A stretch of DNA of 64,000 bases from Gemmatimonadota bacterium (GTDB lineage: Bacteria > Gemmatimonadota > Gemmatimonadetes > Longimicrobiales > Gaopeijiaceae): contig JACZXQ010000014.1 in NCBI GenBank assembly GCA_022571515.1, positions 27,913 through 91,912 of the forward strand. Reading direction: 5' to 3'. Positions 34,806-44,862 of this stretch are shown here, in pieces; the stretch's first letter is position 1; every line of letters begins with the position of its first letter. Both the position numbers and the translations under genes were made by a program. Under the pieces are notes generated by a model. It was given only the letters and a program-made list of their open reading frames with translations, ran no database searches and was not told where the DNA came from.

Positions 34806-37532
34806 CTATTCAGGCACGACGCTTACCGGGCACACCTTGAGTTCGGCGGTCTGGGTAATGGGGTCGTATCCACCACCCGTAAGCGCATTCACCGGAACGT
34901 CGGCAAAGCTGAAGGTCGTAAACACCGTGCCGCGTGGCGACCGTTTGGTGGCCTTCACGCGCACGCGCACCGAGCCTCGCCGGCTCGACATGATCGCCCA
35001 TGACCTGTCGGCCAGGCCCCACTCATCGACATCGTCGGGGTGGATCTCCAGCGACTCCTCCGACAGCAGGTAGTCGATGCCTGCCGAGCGCCCGGTCTGG
35101 GTACGCGTATGGTACGACGCCAGGCGGCGGCCCGTGGTGAGCCAGACGGGGTAGTCATCGTCCACCGTCTCGGCAGGATCGCGCTGCTCCACGAGATTGA
35201 AGATCCCCCGTCCGTTCACGAACTCGTCGGAGTGCAGCATCGGGGTCCCTGGGTGGCCGTCGAAGGGAACCGGCCACTGATACGCGCCCTCTTCGACCTT
35301 GTCCCAGTCGACGCCGTGGTAGATGGGCGATACCTCGCAGAGCTCGTTGAAGACCTGCTCGGCGCCCTCGTACTCGAAGCCCTGGAACCCCATGCGCTTC
35401 GCGAGCGCCGAGATCACCCACCAGTCGGGCCGCGCTACTCCGGGCGAGGGGACCGCGGCTCGGAGACGCTGGATCCGCCGCTCGGTGTTGGTCTGCGTGC
35501 CGTCCACTTCACCCCAAGCGGCCACGGGGAACACCACGTCCGCAAGCTCCGCGGTCTCGGTCAGGAAGAGGTCGGCGACGACCAGGAAATCGAGGCTTCT
35601 CAGGGCCTTCTCGCAGTGCGCTCGATCGGGGTCCGACACCAGCGTGTTCTCGCCATCGATGAACATCGCTCGAATCTGATCGCCGCACATCTCGAGGGCG
35701 GTCACCTTGGTGATGCCATTCTCGAGATCCACCTTCTTGCCGTACAACTTCTCGAACTTCTCCTGGTTCTCGGGATCGGTGACCGGCTGGAAGCCTGGAT
35801 AATTGTTCGGAAGGGCGCCCGCATCGCCCGCGCCCTGGATGTTGTTCTGGCCGCGCATCGGATTGATGCCGGTGCCCTCGCGGCCGATGTTGCCGGTCAT
35901 CAACACCAGGTTGCACAGGCCCTGCACGTTCTCGACACCGCAGATGTGCTCGGTCACACCTAGCGTGTAATAGATCGCGCCGCGCTCTGCCCGCCCGTAC
36001 CAGAGCGCTGCCTGTTCGATGTCGGCCGCCGGTACGCCCGTGATCTCTTCCGCCCACTCCGGCGGGAAGCGCTCCACGTGCTCGAGGAAGGCCATCCCTT
36101 CCGTCGTGCGGGCGTCCATGAAGGCCTGATCCACCAGCCCTTCACGCGCGATGACGTGCGCCATCCCGAGCAACAGGGCCGAGTCGGTACCGACCCTGAG
36201 CGGCAGGTAGACGTCCGCCAGGTCCGCGAGCACGATGTGCCGGGGGTCGGCGACGATCAGCTTCGCACCGTTGGCGAGGGCCCTCTTGATGCCCGTCGCC
36301 GCGACCGGATGACACTCCGTCATGTTGGTCCCGATGCAGAAGATCACATCGGGCTTGTCCATGTCCGCCAGCGGGTTCGACATGGCGCCCCGACCGATGC
36401 TTGCCGCCAGACCGGCGACGGTGGGGGCGTGTCAAGCACGGCTGCAGTTGTCGATGTAGCTCGTCCCCAGCCCCGCCCGCACAAACTTCTGCATCATGTA
36501 GGCGGCCTCGGTGGGCGCCCGCCCCGATGCCACCACGTAGAGGCTGTGCCGCCCGTGGTTGTCGACAGCCGCGAGCAGCCCCGCCGCCGCCTTGTCGAGG
36601 GCGTCGTCCCAGGTGGCGGGGTGAAGCTGGCCGTCGTCTCCGCGGACCAACGGCGTATCCAACCGGTCCTTGTGTCCGATGAAGTCGAAGGCGAATTGAC
36701 CCTTCACGCACAGCGCGCCGTGATTCGCGGGCCCATCCATGGCCGGCAGCACACCCACGACCTGATCGCCCCGCGTCATGAGATCGACGCTGCATCCCAC
36801 GCCGCAGTAAGGACAGATGGTGCGCGTGAGCTTGGTTTCACCCGGCACGTCCTTGCTTGCGAGCGCCTTCAAGTCGGCGAGCGCCCCCGTCGGGCAGGTC
36901 TGGATGCACTGCCCACAGAAGGTGCACGCCGAGTCTTTGAGGATTCCATCGAACTCGGTGGTGATCTGCGTTCCGAATCCCCGGTTCATCACGCTGATGG
37001 CGTAGTCGCCCTCCTGCTCGGCGCAGACCCGCACACACCGGAAACAGGAGATGCAGTTCTCATAATCCCGGAGGATGAAGGGGTTGGGGTCGTCCGGGTG
37101 GCTTGTGCCGGACTGCATACCGAGAAAGCGGCCGGTGCGCGCGTCGTAACGGTCGAGCAGCGTCGCCATCTCCCCCGACGCGTAGCCGCTCATCGGATCG
37201 ACGTCCAGATCGCGATTCTCTGACGCGACCAACTCCAAGAGCACGCGCCGATGCATGTCCAAGCGGCCACTCTTGGTGGTCACCTTCATGCCCGGGGCGG
37301 CCTTGGTCGTACACGAAGCCACCGGATTGTGGCTGCCCTCGACCTCGACGATGCACAGCCGGCATCCGCCGAAGGGCTCTAACCGCTCATCGTAGCAGAG
37401 TGTCGGGATCTCGCGCCGGTAGCGCTCCGACACCTCGTAGACGGTCTCACCCGGGGTAAAGCCGACGTCCTCTCCGTCCAACGTCATCGTGGAGAGCGCG
37501 CCGTTTCCCCCACCGTCGATGTTATCGCTCAT
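34806..37532 (-). CDS. fdhA: formate dehydrogenase catalytic subunit (FdsA/FdhA type with N-terminal 2Fe-2S/4Fe-4S domains), selenocysteine-containing
   Basis: Track ORFs 36432..37532 and 34806..36383 are in the same frame and are separated only by TGA 36432-36434. The read-through gives ...YIDNCSRA-U-HAPTVAGLAASIGRGAMSNPL, aligning with the ..ARV(U/C)H.P(S/T)VAGL...G.GAM(S/T)N active-site motif of formate dehydrogenases. Confidence 0.85.
36403..36419 (-). promoter_or_regulatory. SECIS-like hairpin 12 nt downstream of the in-frame UGA
   Basis: The mRNA reads GUCGCC-GGUCU-GGCGGC (6-bp stem including one G-U pair). The apical GGUC-containing loop resembles the E. coli fdhF SECIS mini-helix. 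Confidence 0.55.
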
Positions 37533-37533
37533 C

Positions 37534-39204
37534 TCACCTCACGCTAGTCACGTGTTGGGCGACCCTTTCAGGAAAGTACTTCACTAGGCTTTCACTGATC
37601 AGCGGTGCCGCCATGCCGAGGCCGCACGCGCTCGTCTCCTTCATGGTCTCTCCCAGGTCGCGTACCTCGTCCAGCCAGTCGGACAGTTCCTTGGGACCGG
37701 CCTTACCCGCCAGTCGCTCCGTGAGCCGTTGCGTGCCGATTCTGCAGGGGAAGCACTTCCCACAGGATTCGTGTGCGAAGAACTCCATTGCCGAATGGGC
37801 GACGTCGATCATGTCTCTCGAGTCGTCGAATACCATGATACCTCCCGCACCCAACATCGAGCCCCGCTCCCTTACGCTGGCCTCGTCCAAATCCACATCC
37901 AGGTCCTCACCCGCGAGGAAACCCCCGGAAATGCCGGCCATCGTGACGGCCTGCACATTGCGCCCCTCGTATGCGCCACCGGCCCAGTCGTCGATCAACT
38001 CGCGCAAAGGCAAGCCCAGTGGGATCTCGTAATTGCCGGGCCGCACGACATCGCCCGAGAGGCTGATGATTTTGGTGCCGGCGTTGTCACCTCGCCCAAG
38101 ACCTCGGTACCAGTCCGGCCCGTTCCTGAGGATCGGGGCACAGGCGGCCAGAGTTTCTACGTTGTTCACCACAGTGGGCAGTCCCTCGAAACCGTGCGTG
38201 ACCGGATAGGGTGGCCGGTTCCGCGGGAAGGGATGTTTTCCCTCCAGGCTGTTCAGCAAGGAGGTCTCCTCCCCGCAGATGTAAGCGCCCGCCCCTCGAC
38301 GTACGTAGAGCTTGAAGTCGACGTCGGATCCCAAGATGCCGTCGCCCAGCAGCCCTGCCGCCTCGGCCTCCGCGATCGCCGCCTCGAGTATCCCCTCTGT
38401 TTCCGGGTATTCGTAGCGGAGGTAGATGAATCCGCGCGTCGCCCCGGTCGCGAACGCGGCCAGCGCCATGCCTTCGATGACCGCGTGGGGATCGTAATCC
38501 ATAATGACACGGTCCTTGAAACAGCCCGGCTCACCCTCATCCGCGTTGCACACGATGGTCTTGGGGTCCCCGGCCGCATCGGCCACGGCACTCCATTTGC
38601 GGCCGGTGGGAAACCCAGCGCCACCTCGCCCGGCCAGCCCCGAGTCGGTGATCGTCCGGATGACCTCCGGCCCGGTCGACTCGAGCACCGCGGTCTTCAG
38701 CGCATCGTACCCTCCGCTGCTCCGGTACCCCTCCAGACCCGCGCGGCCTTCCGTTCGCATCTCGGCGAAGATGCACTCCTCGATACCCGCGGGTGCTGCG
38801 GGCGGTAGCGGTGACGGCCGGGACTCGAGGGCATCCGCGGCCAATCCGACCAGCGTGCTGCTTCCTCGCAACACCGGTACGGGCTCGTCGCAGCGGCCCG
38901 AGCACGGCATCGAGACCGCGCCGTCCAACGAGTCGAGCAGGTCCCCCGCCCCTCGCAATCGGCACACGGGCCCTGTGCAGACGCGCGGCGCCTCCAAGCC
39001 TCCGGGCTCACGCGCGAAGTGATGGTAGAACGTGACGGTGCCGAAGAGCTCCGCGATCGGAATGCGAAGGGCCTTGGCAACTCCCCGGAGCGCCTCCTCG
39101 GAGAGGTAGCCATCGCGCTCATGCAGCTCGTGCAGGAGCGGAAGCAGTGGCGCGGGTTGATCCCGCCAGCGCTCGTGCAGCTGTTCGTCGCTGGGACGTG
39201 TCAT
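37534..39204 (-). CDS. NAD-reducing formate dehydrogenase diaphorase subunit (NuoE-like plus NuoF-like fusion)
   Basis: N-terminal thioredoxin-like 2Fe-2S module (LLPLLHELHERDGYL...CTGPVC), then GLAGRGGAGFPTGRKW, CNADEGEPG and ESCGKCFPCR. Start at Met76 of the track ORF. The stop lies 1 nt before the fdhA ATG. Confidence 0.85.
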   Translation of the reverse strand: MTRPSDEQLHERWRDQPAPLLPLLHELHERDGYLSEEALRGVAKALRIPIAELFGTVTFYHHFAREPGGLEAPRVCTGPVCRLRGAGDLLDSLDGAVSMPCSGRCDEPVPVLRGSSTLVGLAADALESRPSPLPPAAPAGIEECIFAEMRTEGRAGLEGYRSSGGYDALKTAVLESTGPEVIRTITDSGLAGRGGAGFPTGRKWSAVADAAGDPKTIVCNADEGEPGCFKDRVIMDYDPHAVIEGMALAAFATGATRGFIYLRYEYPETEGILEAAIAEAEAAGLLGDGILGSDVDFKLYVRRGAGAYICGEETSLLNSLEGKHPFPRNRPPYPVTHGFEGLPTVVNNVETLAACAPILRNGPDWYRGLGRGDNAGTKIISLSGDVVRPGNYEIPLGLPLRELIDDWAGGAYEGRNVQAVTMAGISGGFLAGEDLDVDLDEASVRERGSMLGAGGIMVFDDSRDMIDVAHSAMEFFAHESCGKCFPCRIGTQRLTERLAGKAGPKELSDWLDEVRDLGETMKETSACGLGMAAPLISESLVKYFPERVAQHVTSVR

Positions 39205-39376
39205 CGTAGGGGTTTCAGGTACTGGTTGGGAGTTCAGATCGAGATCGCAGGAATGTACGGAGTCGTTAGCGCCCGCGCACGACCGCCTGGCTTGTCTCGT
39301 CTTCCCGCCTGTCCGATAATGCGATCGCACGCGAGGGACGTAGCCAATCAACGAACGCACGCGGAGCCTGCCGCTA

Positions 39377-40168
39377 ATGGAGCATGAACTCGCCGGGATC
39401 GACGGACTCCTCATCGATCTCGACGGCACGGTCTATCTCGGAGACCGCCTCCTGCCCGGAGCCGCCGACGCAATCGAATCCCTGCGGCGGTCCGGCATCC
39501 CGCTGCGATTCGGCACCAACACGACGCGCATGCCGCGCTCAGCCGTGGTCGAGGGCCTACGCACCCGAGGCCTGGAGCTGGCGGCCGACGAGATCTTCAC
39601 GGCCCCCATCGCGGCCTCGGGTTTGTTGGAGAAGCGAGGGTTGTGGAACGTTGCGCTCTATCTCCCCGAGGCGACGTACGAGGATTTCGATCACTTCACG
39701 CTGGATGACGCAGCCCCCCAGGCGATCATCGTCGGAGACCTCGGCCGTGGCTGGAACTTCGACTTGATGAACCGGGCGTTTAGGCAGATCCGTGGGGGAG
39801 CCGAATTCGTGGCCCTCCACCGCAACCGCTACTGGGAGACGTCCGAAGGACCGACCCTGGACGCAGGAGCGTTCGTGGCAGCTTTGGAGTTCGCGTCCGG
39901 CCAAGAGGCCACCCTGGCCGGCAAGCCCAGCCCAACCTTCTTTCAGTCCGCGGCCGACTCGATGGGGATCGGTCTGAGTGCGATGGCGGTCGTCGGGGAC
40001 GACATCACCACCGACGTCGCCGGCGCCCGTGCCTGCGGGGCGAAAGGCGTATTGGTGCGCAGCGGCAAGTTCCGCCCGGACGACCTGGAGCTGTCGGGGC
40101 CCAAGCCCGACCTGATCCTCGACTCACTGGCCGGGCTCCCGACAGCCCTCGGCGCCCCCTATGGATGA
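39377..40168 (+). CDS. HAD-IIA family hydrolase (NagD/LHPP-like)
   Basis: LLIDLDGTVY...RFGTNTT...GKP...VGDDITTDV. Confidence 0.75.
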   Translation: MEHELAGIDGLLIDLDGTVYLGDRLLPGAADAIESLRRSGIPLRFGTNTTRMPRSAVVEGLRTRGLELAADEIFTAPIAASGLLEKRGLWNVALYLPEATYEDFDHFTLDDAAPQAIIVGDLGRGWNFDLMNRAFRQIRGGAEFVALHRNRYWETSEGPTLDAGAFVAALEFASGQEATLAGKPSPTFFQSAADSMGIGLSAMAVVGDDITTDVAGARACGAKGVLVRSGKFRPDDLELSGPKPDLILDSLAGLPTALGAPYG

Positions 40169-40310
40169 CCGGGCGGTGGACACCAGCCTCGGCGTCCGAC
40201 TCGAGAGCTAGAGGCCTGTTGCGCGTTGCCTCCCACAGCGTGATCCATCAGAATTGGCGGCGTTCATCAGGCCTCAAACCCCAGCTCGTGACCCCGTCGA
40301 CGGAGGGAAA

Positions 40311-41333
40311 GTGACAAGACGGCCGGACCCGAAAGTCGCAAAGCATTGGAAGGCGATCCTCTCACCTTACTGGGGAGCGGACACTCGCCGAAGCGTCATG
40401 CAGGTCATCACCAGCGCGGTCCCCTTCTTCGTGCTCTGGTACGCCGCCTATCGCAGCTTAGAGGTCAGCTATTGGCTCACACTGACCCTGGCCGTCCCTG
40501 CCGGTGGCTTCCTCATTCGGCTGTTCATCATCCAGCATGATTGTGGTCACGGATCGTTCTTCAGGTCGCAGCGGATGGCGAACGTCCTCGGATCGGTCAT
40601 CGGCGTGCTCACGCTCACGCCGTACGCTTACTGGCGAAAGACGCACGCACACCATCACGCACACAGCGGAGACCTGGACTTCCGTGGGTTCGGCGACGTG
40701 GACACGTTCACGGTGCGCGAGTACCTGGCGATGACCCGCTTCCAGCGCCTCGGGTACCGGCTGCACCGTAACCCGTTCATCCTGTTCGGGATCGGGGCCC
40801 TGTTCCACTTCATCGTCAAGCACCGCTACCCGTGGGATATTCCCCACTCGTGGAAGGAGGCGTGGCGCAGTATCTGGCTCACCAACCTGGCCCTGGTGGG
40901 TGTGGTCGCCGTCATGTGGAGCCTGATCGGGTGGCAGGCCTTCTTGCTCGTGGAAACTCCGGTCATGGTGGTCACGACGTCGTTGGGGGTCTGGCTCTTC
41001 TACGTACAACACCAGTTCGAGGATGCGTATTGGTTGAATCACGAGGAGTGGGACTACTTCGACGCGGGCCTCCACGGCAGTACGCACCTGCTGCTGCCCG
41101 CTCCTTTCCAGTGGCTCACCGGAAGCATCGGACTGCATCACGTGCACCACCTGAGCGCCCGGATCCCGAACTACAAGCTGCAGCAATGCGTGGACGAGAA
41201 CCCCGAACTTCAGACGGCGACCAAGATCACCCCGTGGACCAGCCTGAAGACCCTGTCGCTGGCGCTTTGGGACGAGGACAAGCACAAGCTGGTCGGGTTC
41301 AGAGAGGTCAAGGCGGCACGAAGGGCCTCCTGA
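40311..41333 (+). CDS. membrane fatty acid desaturase
   Basis: His boxes HDCGHGS, HAHHHAHSG and HHVHHL. The preferred start is the GTG at 40311 after GGAGGG; the track ORF starts at TTG 40254. Confidence 0.85.
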   Translation: MTRRPDPKVAKHWKAILSPYWGADTRRSVMQVITSAVPFFVLWYAAYRSLEVSYWLTLTLAVPAGGFLIRLFIIQHDCGHGSFFRSQRMANVLGSVIGVLTLTPYAYWRKTHAHHHAHSGDLDFRGFGDVDTFTVREYLAMTRFQRLGYRLHRNPFILFGIGALFHFIVKHRYPWDIPHSWKEAWRSIWLTNLALVGVVAVMWSLIGWQAFLLVETPVMVVTTSLGVWLFYVQHQFEDAYWLNHEEWDYFDAGLHGSTHLLLPAPFQWLTGSIGLHHVHHLSARIPNYKLQQCVDENPELQTATKITPWTSLKTLSLALWDEDKHKLVGFREVKAARRAS

Positions 41334-41357
41334 CTCACCAAGCGGAATCGGCACCAC

Positions 41358-42026
41358 ATGTCACAGGAAGAGCACGAAGAGATCCTGGACCTCGGCTTCG
41401 GCTCCGTGGTATCCAGGGAGAGCACGCGGCGGCTCCTCAACCGCGACGGCACCTTCAACGTGCGCCGCAAGGGACTCGGGTTCTTCCGCTCGCTGTCTGT
41501 CTACCACTTCCTCCTCGACACTACTTGGCCGCGGTTCCTCGGCCTGACGGCCGCGTTGTACATCGCCCTCAACACGCTGTTCGCGTTGGGCTACGTTGCG
41601 CTCGGCCCGGGAGCTCTGGCGAGCGGCGACGGGTCCCCGGTGACGGGATTCGGCAGTGCCTTCTTCTTCAGCGTGCACACGCTCGCGACGATCGGGTTCG
41701 GCCACATCGTGCCGGGCACAGTCGGCGCCGACGTATTGGTCACGGTCGAGTCGCTGCTGGGATTGTTGAGCTTCGGGCTCGCTGCCGGGCTCATCTTCGC
41801 CAGGTTCTCGAGACCGACCGCCCGTATCATCTTCAGCGACCGCGCGGTCATCGCGCCCTACCGGGGCGTCACGGCGCTCGAGTTCCGGGTTGTGAACAGC
41901 CGCAGCAACCAGATCGTCGAGCTGCACGCTCGGGTGATCCTGGCACTACGGCGCGGGCAAAGCGTTGGACGGGCCGATGAAGGGACGGCAGATGCCCATG
42001 TACAACCTGCTGCTCGCCACGGTTGA
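41358..42026 (+). CDS. KirBac-like inward-rectifier K+ channel, C-terminal cytoplasmic domain apparently truncated
   Basis: Slide helix/TM1, pore TLATIGFGH (TIGFG filter), TM2, and the start of the Ig-like domain (FSRPTARIIFSDRAVIAPYRGVTALEFRVVNSRSNQIVE). Recognisable sequence is lost after about residue 197 of 222, whereas KirBac proteins are roughly 300 aa or longer. Confidence 0.65.
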   Translation: MSQEEHEEILDLGFGSVVSRESTRRLLNRDGTFNVRRKGLGFFRSLSVYHFLLDTTWPRFLGLTAALYIALNTLFALGYVALGPGALASGDGSPVTGFGSAFFFSVHTLATIGFGHIVPGTVGADVLVTVESLLGLLSFGLAAGLIFARFSRPTARIIFSDRAVIAPYRGVTALEFRVVNSRSNQIVELHARVILALRRGQSVGRADEGTADAHVQPAARHG

Positions 42027-42449
42027 GCAGACGCTGGACGGTGACCCGGACCTGATGGTTGCGATCTCCGACCGAGAAATCCGCGCGCGAAGCCGTTGGT
42101 CGCCGCTGACCGACCGGGTCAGGATGCTGTCCGACCGGATTCACCGTACCATGCGGGGCGAAGATCCGAGAAGGCCGGAGATGGACATCGGGCTGGGTGT
42201 CTGGACCAACGACACCCAGACGTTCTACCCCATGGAGGTGGTGAACGATAGGGGCGGTTTCCTGTTCGACCGTATGGACGGACGCGGCGTGCTCATCTAT
42301 ATCGAGCCTACCGCGAACACGGTCGCGGCCCTCTACACCGAAGCCACTGGAGCCAGCTGGGACGGCACCGTACTACGGATGAACAATGGCCGGCACGTGC
42401 GGGCCGGAGGACTTTTCGACGGCGACTCGGAAGTGCGCGCCGAGCGGGC

Positions 42450-42740
42450 GTGGCACGGGCCCTATACAATTCGCTCTTCGAGGCCCTCAAAGGGCAGGGC
42501 TTCGTGAACGCATATGCCGGAATCACGCTCCCCAACGAGGGAAGCGTGGGCCTGCACGAGGCTCTGGGCTTCGAACATTTGGGCGTTTACCGCAACGTAG
42601 GCCACAAAGACGGACGTTGGCACGACGTGGGGTGGTGGCAACTCGCCATCCAGGATCCGCTCGAGCATCCTGAACCCCCGACGCCGTTCAGGCTGTTTCG
42701 CGAGAGGGAGGAGTGCGGCGTCCCGACTCAGAACGAGTAG
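42450..42740 (+). pseudogene. C-terminal fragment of a GNAT (phosphinothricin-acetyltransferase-like) gene
   Basis: (G)VARALYNSLFEALKGQGFVNAYAGITLPNEGSVGLHEALGFEHLGVYRNVGHKDGRWHDVGWWQL corresponds to only the last two-thirds of a GNAT fold. There is no matching N-terminal part upstream. Confidence 0.5.
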
Positions 42741-44179
42741 TCCAACCTGACCCAGAGAGCGTGCGGACGCCGGAACGACGCCTGGTTCGTGCGCGTGTCC
42801 TTCAGAAACAGCTCAGCCTCGATCACGGCCCGGATGTTCTGCCGGACGAGAAACACCACACCGGGCATGATCCGGGTCTTCTCAGACCGGCCCGCATCGA
42901 AGGCCGGGCCCACGGCCTCGCTCGGAAGCGTTACCTGGAAGCGGTCGAGCTTGACCGATCCGATCAGCCACGGCAGACCCATGTACTCGAGCTTTCCGAA
43001 CCAGGACGAGATCTCGAGGGCACCGGGGATCTGGAGGCCCCACGGAGAATCGTGATGGCTGCGGACGTAGCCGACGCCCACATCGAGGGGCCCCTGTAAC
43101 GCTCTCACACTGACGCCGAAGGAACGGTGATCGTCATCGACACCCCCCCCTACGGGTTGGCCCCCGAAGTAGCCGAAATGTTCGATGATCAAAGAGCGGT
43201 CGAGGAGTTGCCCGCCAGCGCCCGGCACGGGCCCTCCCCCAGGATCGTACTTACCCCGGAGATTCAGGCCTCCGAACTTGTACCGGACCTTGTAGTACAC
43301 GTCTTTTCGGGTGTTGTCGTCGTCGGATTGAGCCGCCGTGCCCTGGGCGACTCCGAACCCATAATAGAGCCGGTCCGTGATGAGGCCGTTGATCTCGATG
43401 GCGGGCTGGGGCGTCGCCAGCTGAAAATCGCCCTCGGACCGGAGTTCGGCGCCGCCCTCCGACGCAAACGCCTCCACATCGGAGGACCGGAAGCCCTGCC
43501 ACGCGAATTTCTGTCGCGCTGCCCGATCAATCTGTCGATCAGCGAACGTAAACAGATAGAGATTCTGCTGTCCCACCCAGAGGTTCAGAAGACCCGAGGG
43601 AAGTGCAGTTATCGGGTTCTGGAAGGCGATCTTCGCCTGCAGCACCTCGAAGCCGTTCTCGCGAGTCCACTCCGACTCGAAGAACGCGCCGATTCCGGCC
43701 CCGAGCGGGGCGCCGGCCAGGAGGTAGATCTCGTGCGGAAAGCGGAACGTCGTGGCCGTCTCGCCTTCCTCGTCGCGTGTCACCCCAAAATCCGACTGAA
43801 CCCTCAACGCGAAGGGCGCCAGCCCGGGGAGTTCGCTCGGCCATATCGCCCGCGGCCACAGGTCTTTCCAAGGCTCGCTGCCGAGCGGAATAGGATCATC
43901 ACGACGCTCGAGCAACTCGCTATCGGGAAGGCGATATCCGTTCAGGCGGAACGCCTCGCCGAGAACGTTGAGTTTTGGGGCGGCATTATGGCATGTGGAG
44001 CAGGCTGTACCGTAAAGGCGGGCGAACGCCGGGATCGGTGCCGCTGCACTGCGGTGAACATCAACCACCTCCGCTGGCGGCCCGAAACCGGACGTAGCGC
44101 CGACCACCAGAACGCAACCCACTGCGATCGCTGGCCAAGTCAGCCCTCGTAGCGCCCCCTTACGACCCCGTTTCGTCAT
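42728..44179 (-). CDS. fused monoheme c-type cytochrome / outer-membrane beta-barrel protein (Cyc2-like architecture)
   Basis: Signal/TM segment, a single CxxCH (YGTACSTCHNAAPKLNVLGEAFRLNGYR) around residue 60, then about 400 aa of alternating beta-strand-like sequence ending VRLDYSF. Confidence 0.6.
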   Translation of the reverse strand: MTKRGRKGALRGLTWPAIAVGCVLVVGATSGFGPPAEVVDVHRSAAAPIPAFARLYGTACSTCHNAAPKLNVLGEAFRLNGYRLPDSELLERRDDPIPLGSEPWKDLWPRAIWPSELPGLAPFALRVQSDFGVTRDEEGETATTFRFPHEIYLLAGAPLGAGIGAFFESEWTRENGFEVLQAKIAFQNPITALPSGLLNLWVGQQNLYLFTFADRQIDRAARQKFAWQGFRSSDVEAFASEGGAELRSEGDFQLATPQPAIEINGLITDRLYYGFGVAQGTAAQSDDDNTRKDVYYKVRYKFGGLNLRGKYDPGGGPVPGAGGQLLDRSLIIEHFGYFGGQPVGGGVDDDHRSFGVSVRALQGPLDVGVGYVRSHHDSPWGLQIPGALEISSWFGKLEYMGLPWLIGSVKLDRFQVTLPSEAVGPAFDAGRSEKTRIMPGVVFLVRQNIRAVIEAELFLKDTRTNQASFRRPHALWVRLDYSF

Positions 44180-44802
44180 CGGCCGTCCTCACCATCGTCG
44201 AGTGTGACCCGAATGGTCCATCGCGAAATGCCTCCCGCGGGCACGTCCAACGTTCCGGCGTCACGCGTCCACCGCCGGTGCCAGATCCGCACCTCATAGG
44301 CTCCGGGTGGAACCGACTCCACTACGAAACCGCCATCACGGCGGGTGACGCCCGCGAAGGAGGTAGGAGAGACCACGACCCACGCGACCATCTCGGGGTG
44401 GACGTGGCACAGGATGACGTAGCTCCCCTCTTGGTCGAAGGTCCTGAACCGGCTCTGGCCCATCGGATACGTGCCGAGATCGAAAGCCGAGTCCGTCCGC
44501 CCGGGGCTGAACACGTTGTGCATGATCGGATCGCTGTTCAGGAACTCGACAGTCGATCCCACTTGAACGGGAACCACACGCGGGTTGAACCTCAGATGCG
44601 ACTGGTCGATGAGGGCCGTGTCCGCCCTGGGGTCTTCCCGCCGCCCAATCGGAATCAGTTGGACAACCGCAGAGGCCACCGTCTCGCGCCCGAGCAGAAG
44701 CGTGCCGCTCACCGTACCCTGCGCCCCGGCTTGATACGGTACGCTCAAGGCGACGGCGAGTACGCCGAGGGCTCTAGTTCTCATCATGGGCCGAACCGTC
44801 AT
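44176..44802 (-). CDS. periplasmic cupredoxin (type-1 Cu, amicyanin-like loop) with C-terminal carboxypeptidase-regulatory-like domain
   Basis: Signal peptide. Ligand set H (IMHNVFS) and C-x2-H-x2-M (ILCHVHPEM). C-terminal GGFVVESVPPGAYEVRIWH. The stop overlaps the ATG of the cytochrome-barrel gene (ATGA). Confidence 0.65.
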   Translation of the reverse strand: MTVRPMMRTRALGVLAVALSVPYQAGAQGTVSGTLLLGRETVASAVVQLIPIGRREDPRADTALIDQSHLRFNPRVVPVQVGSTVEFLNSDPIMHNVFSPGRTDSAFDLGTYPMGQSRFRTFDQEGSYVILCHVHPEMVAWVVVSPTSFAGVTRRDGGFVVESVPPGAYEVRIWHRRWTRDAGTLDVPAGGISRWTIRVTLDDGEDGR

Positions 44803-44862
44803 CGTCCTCCTTCACGTTCTTGATGTCGGCGAGCCAGCGATGCAAGGTGCGGCGGCTCACCT

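Noticed and set aside
41965-42507. A 180-aa ORF with a faint resemblance either to the missing Kir C-terminal domain (..SPL..) or to DUF3179-like proteins (..TGASWDG..).
   Set aside because: Neither resemblance is convincing by eye. It is left unassigned and discussed only as part of the decayed stretch.
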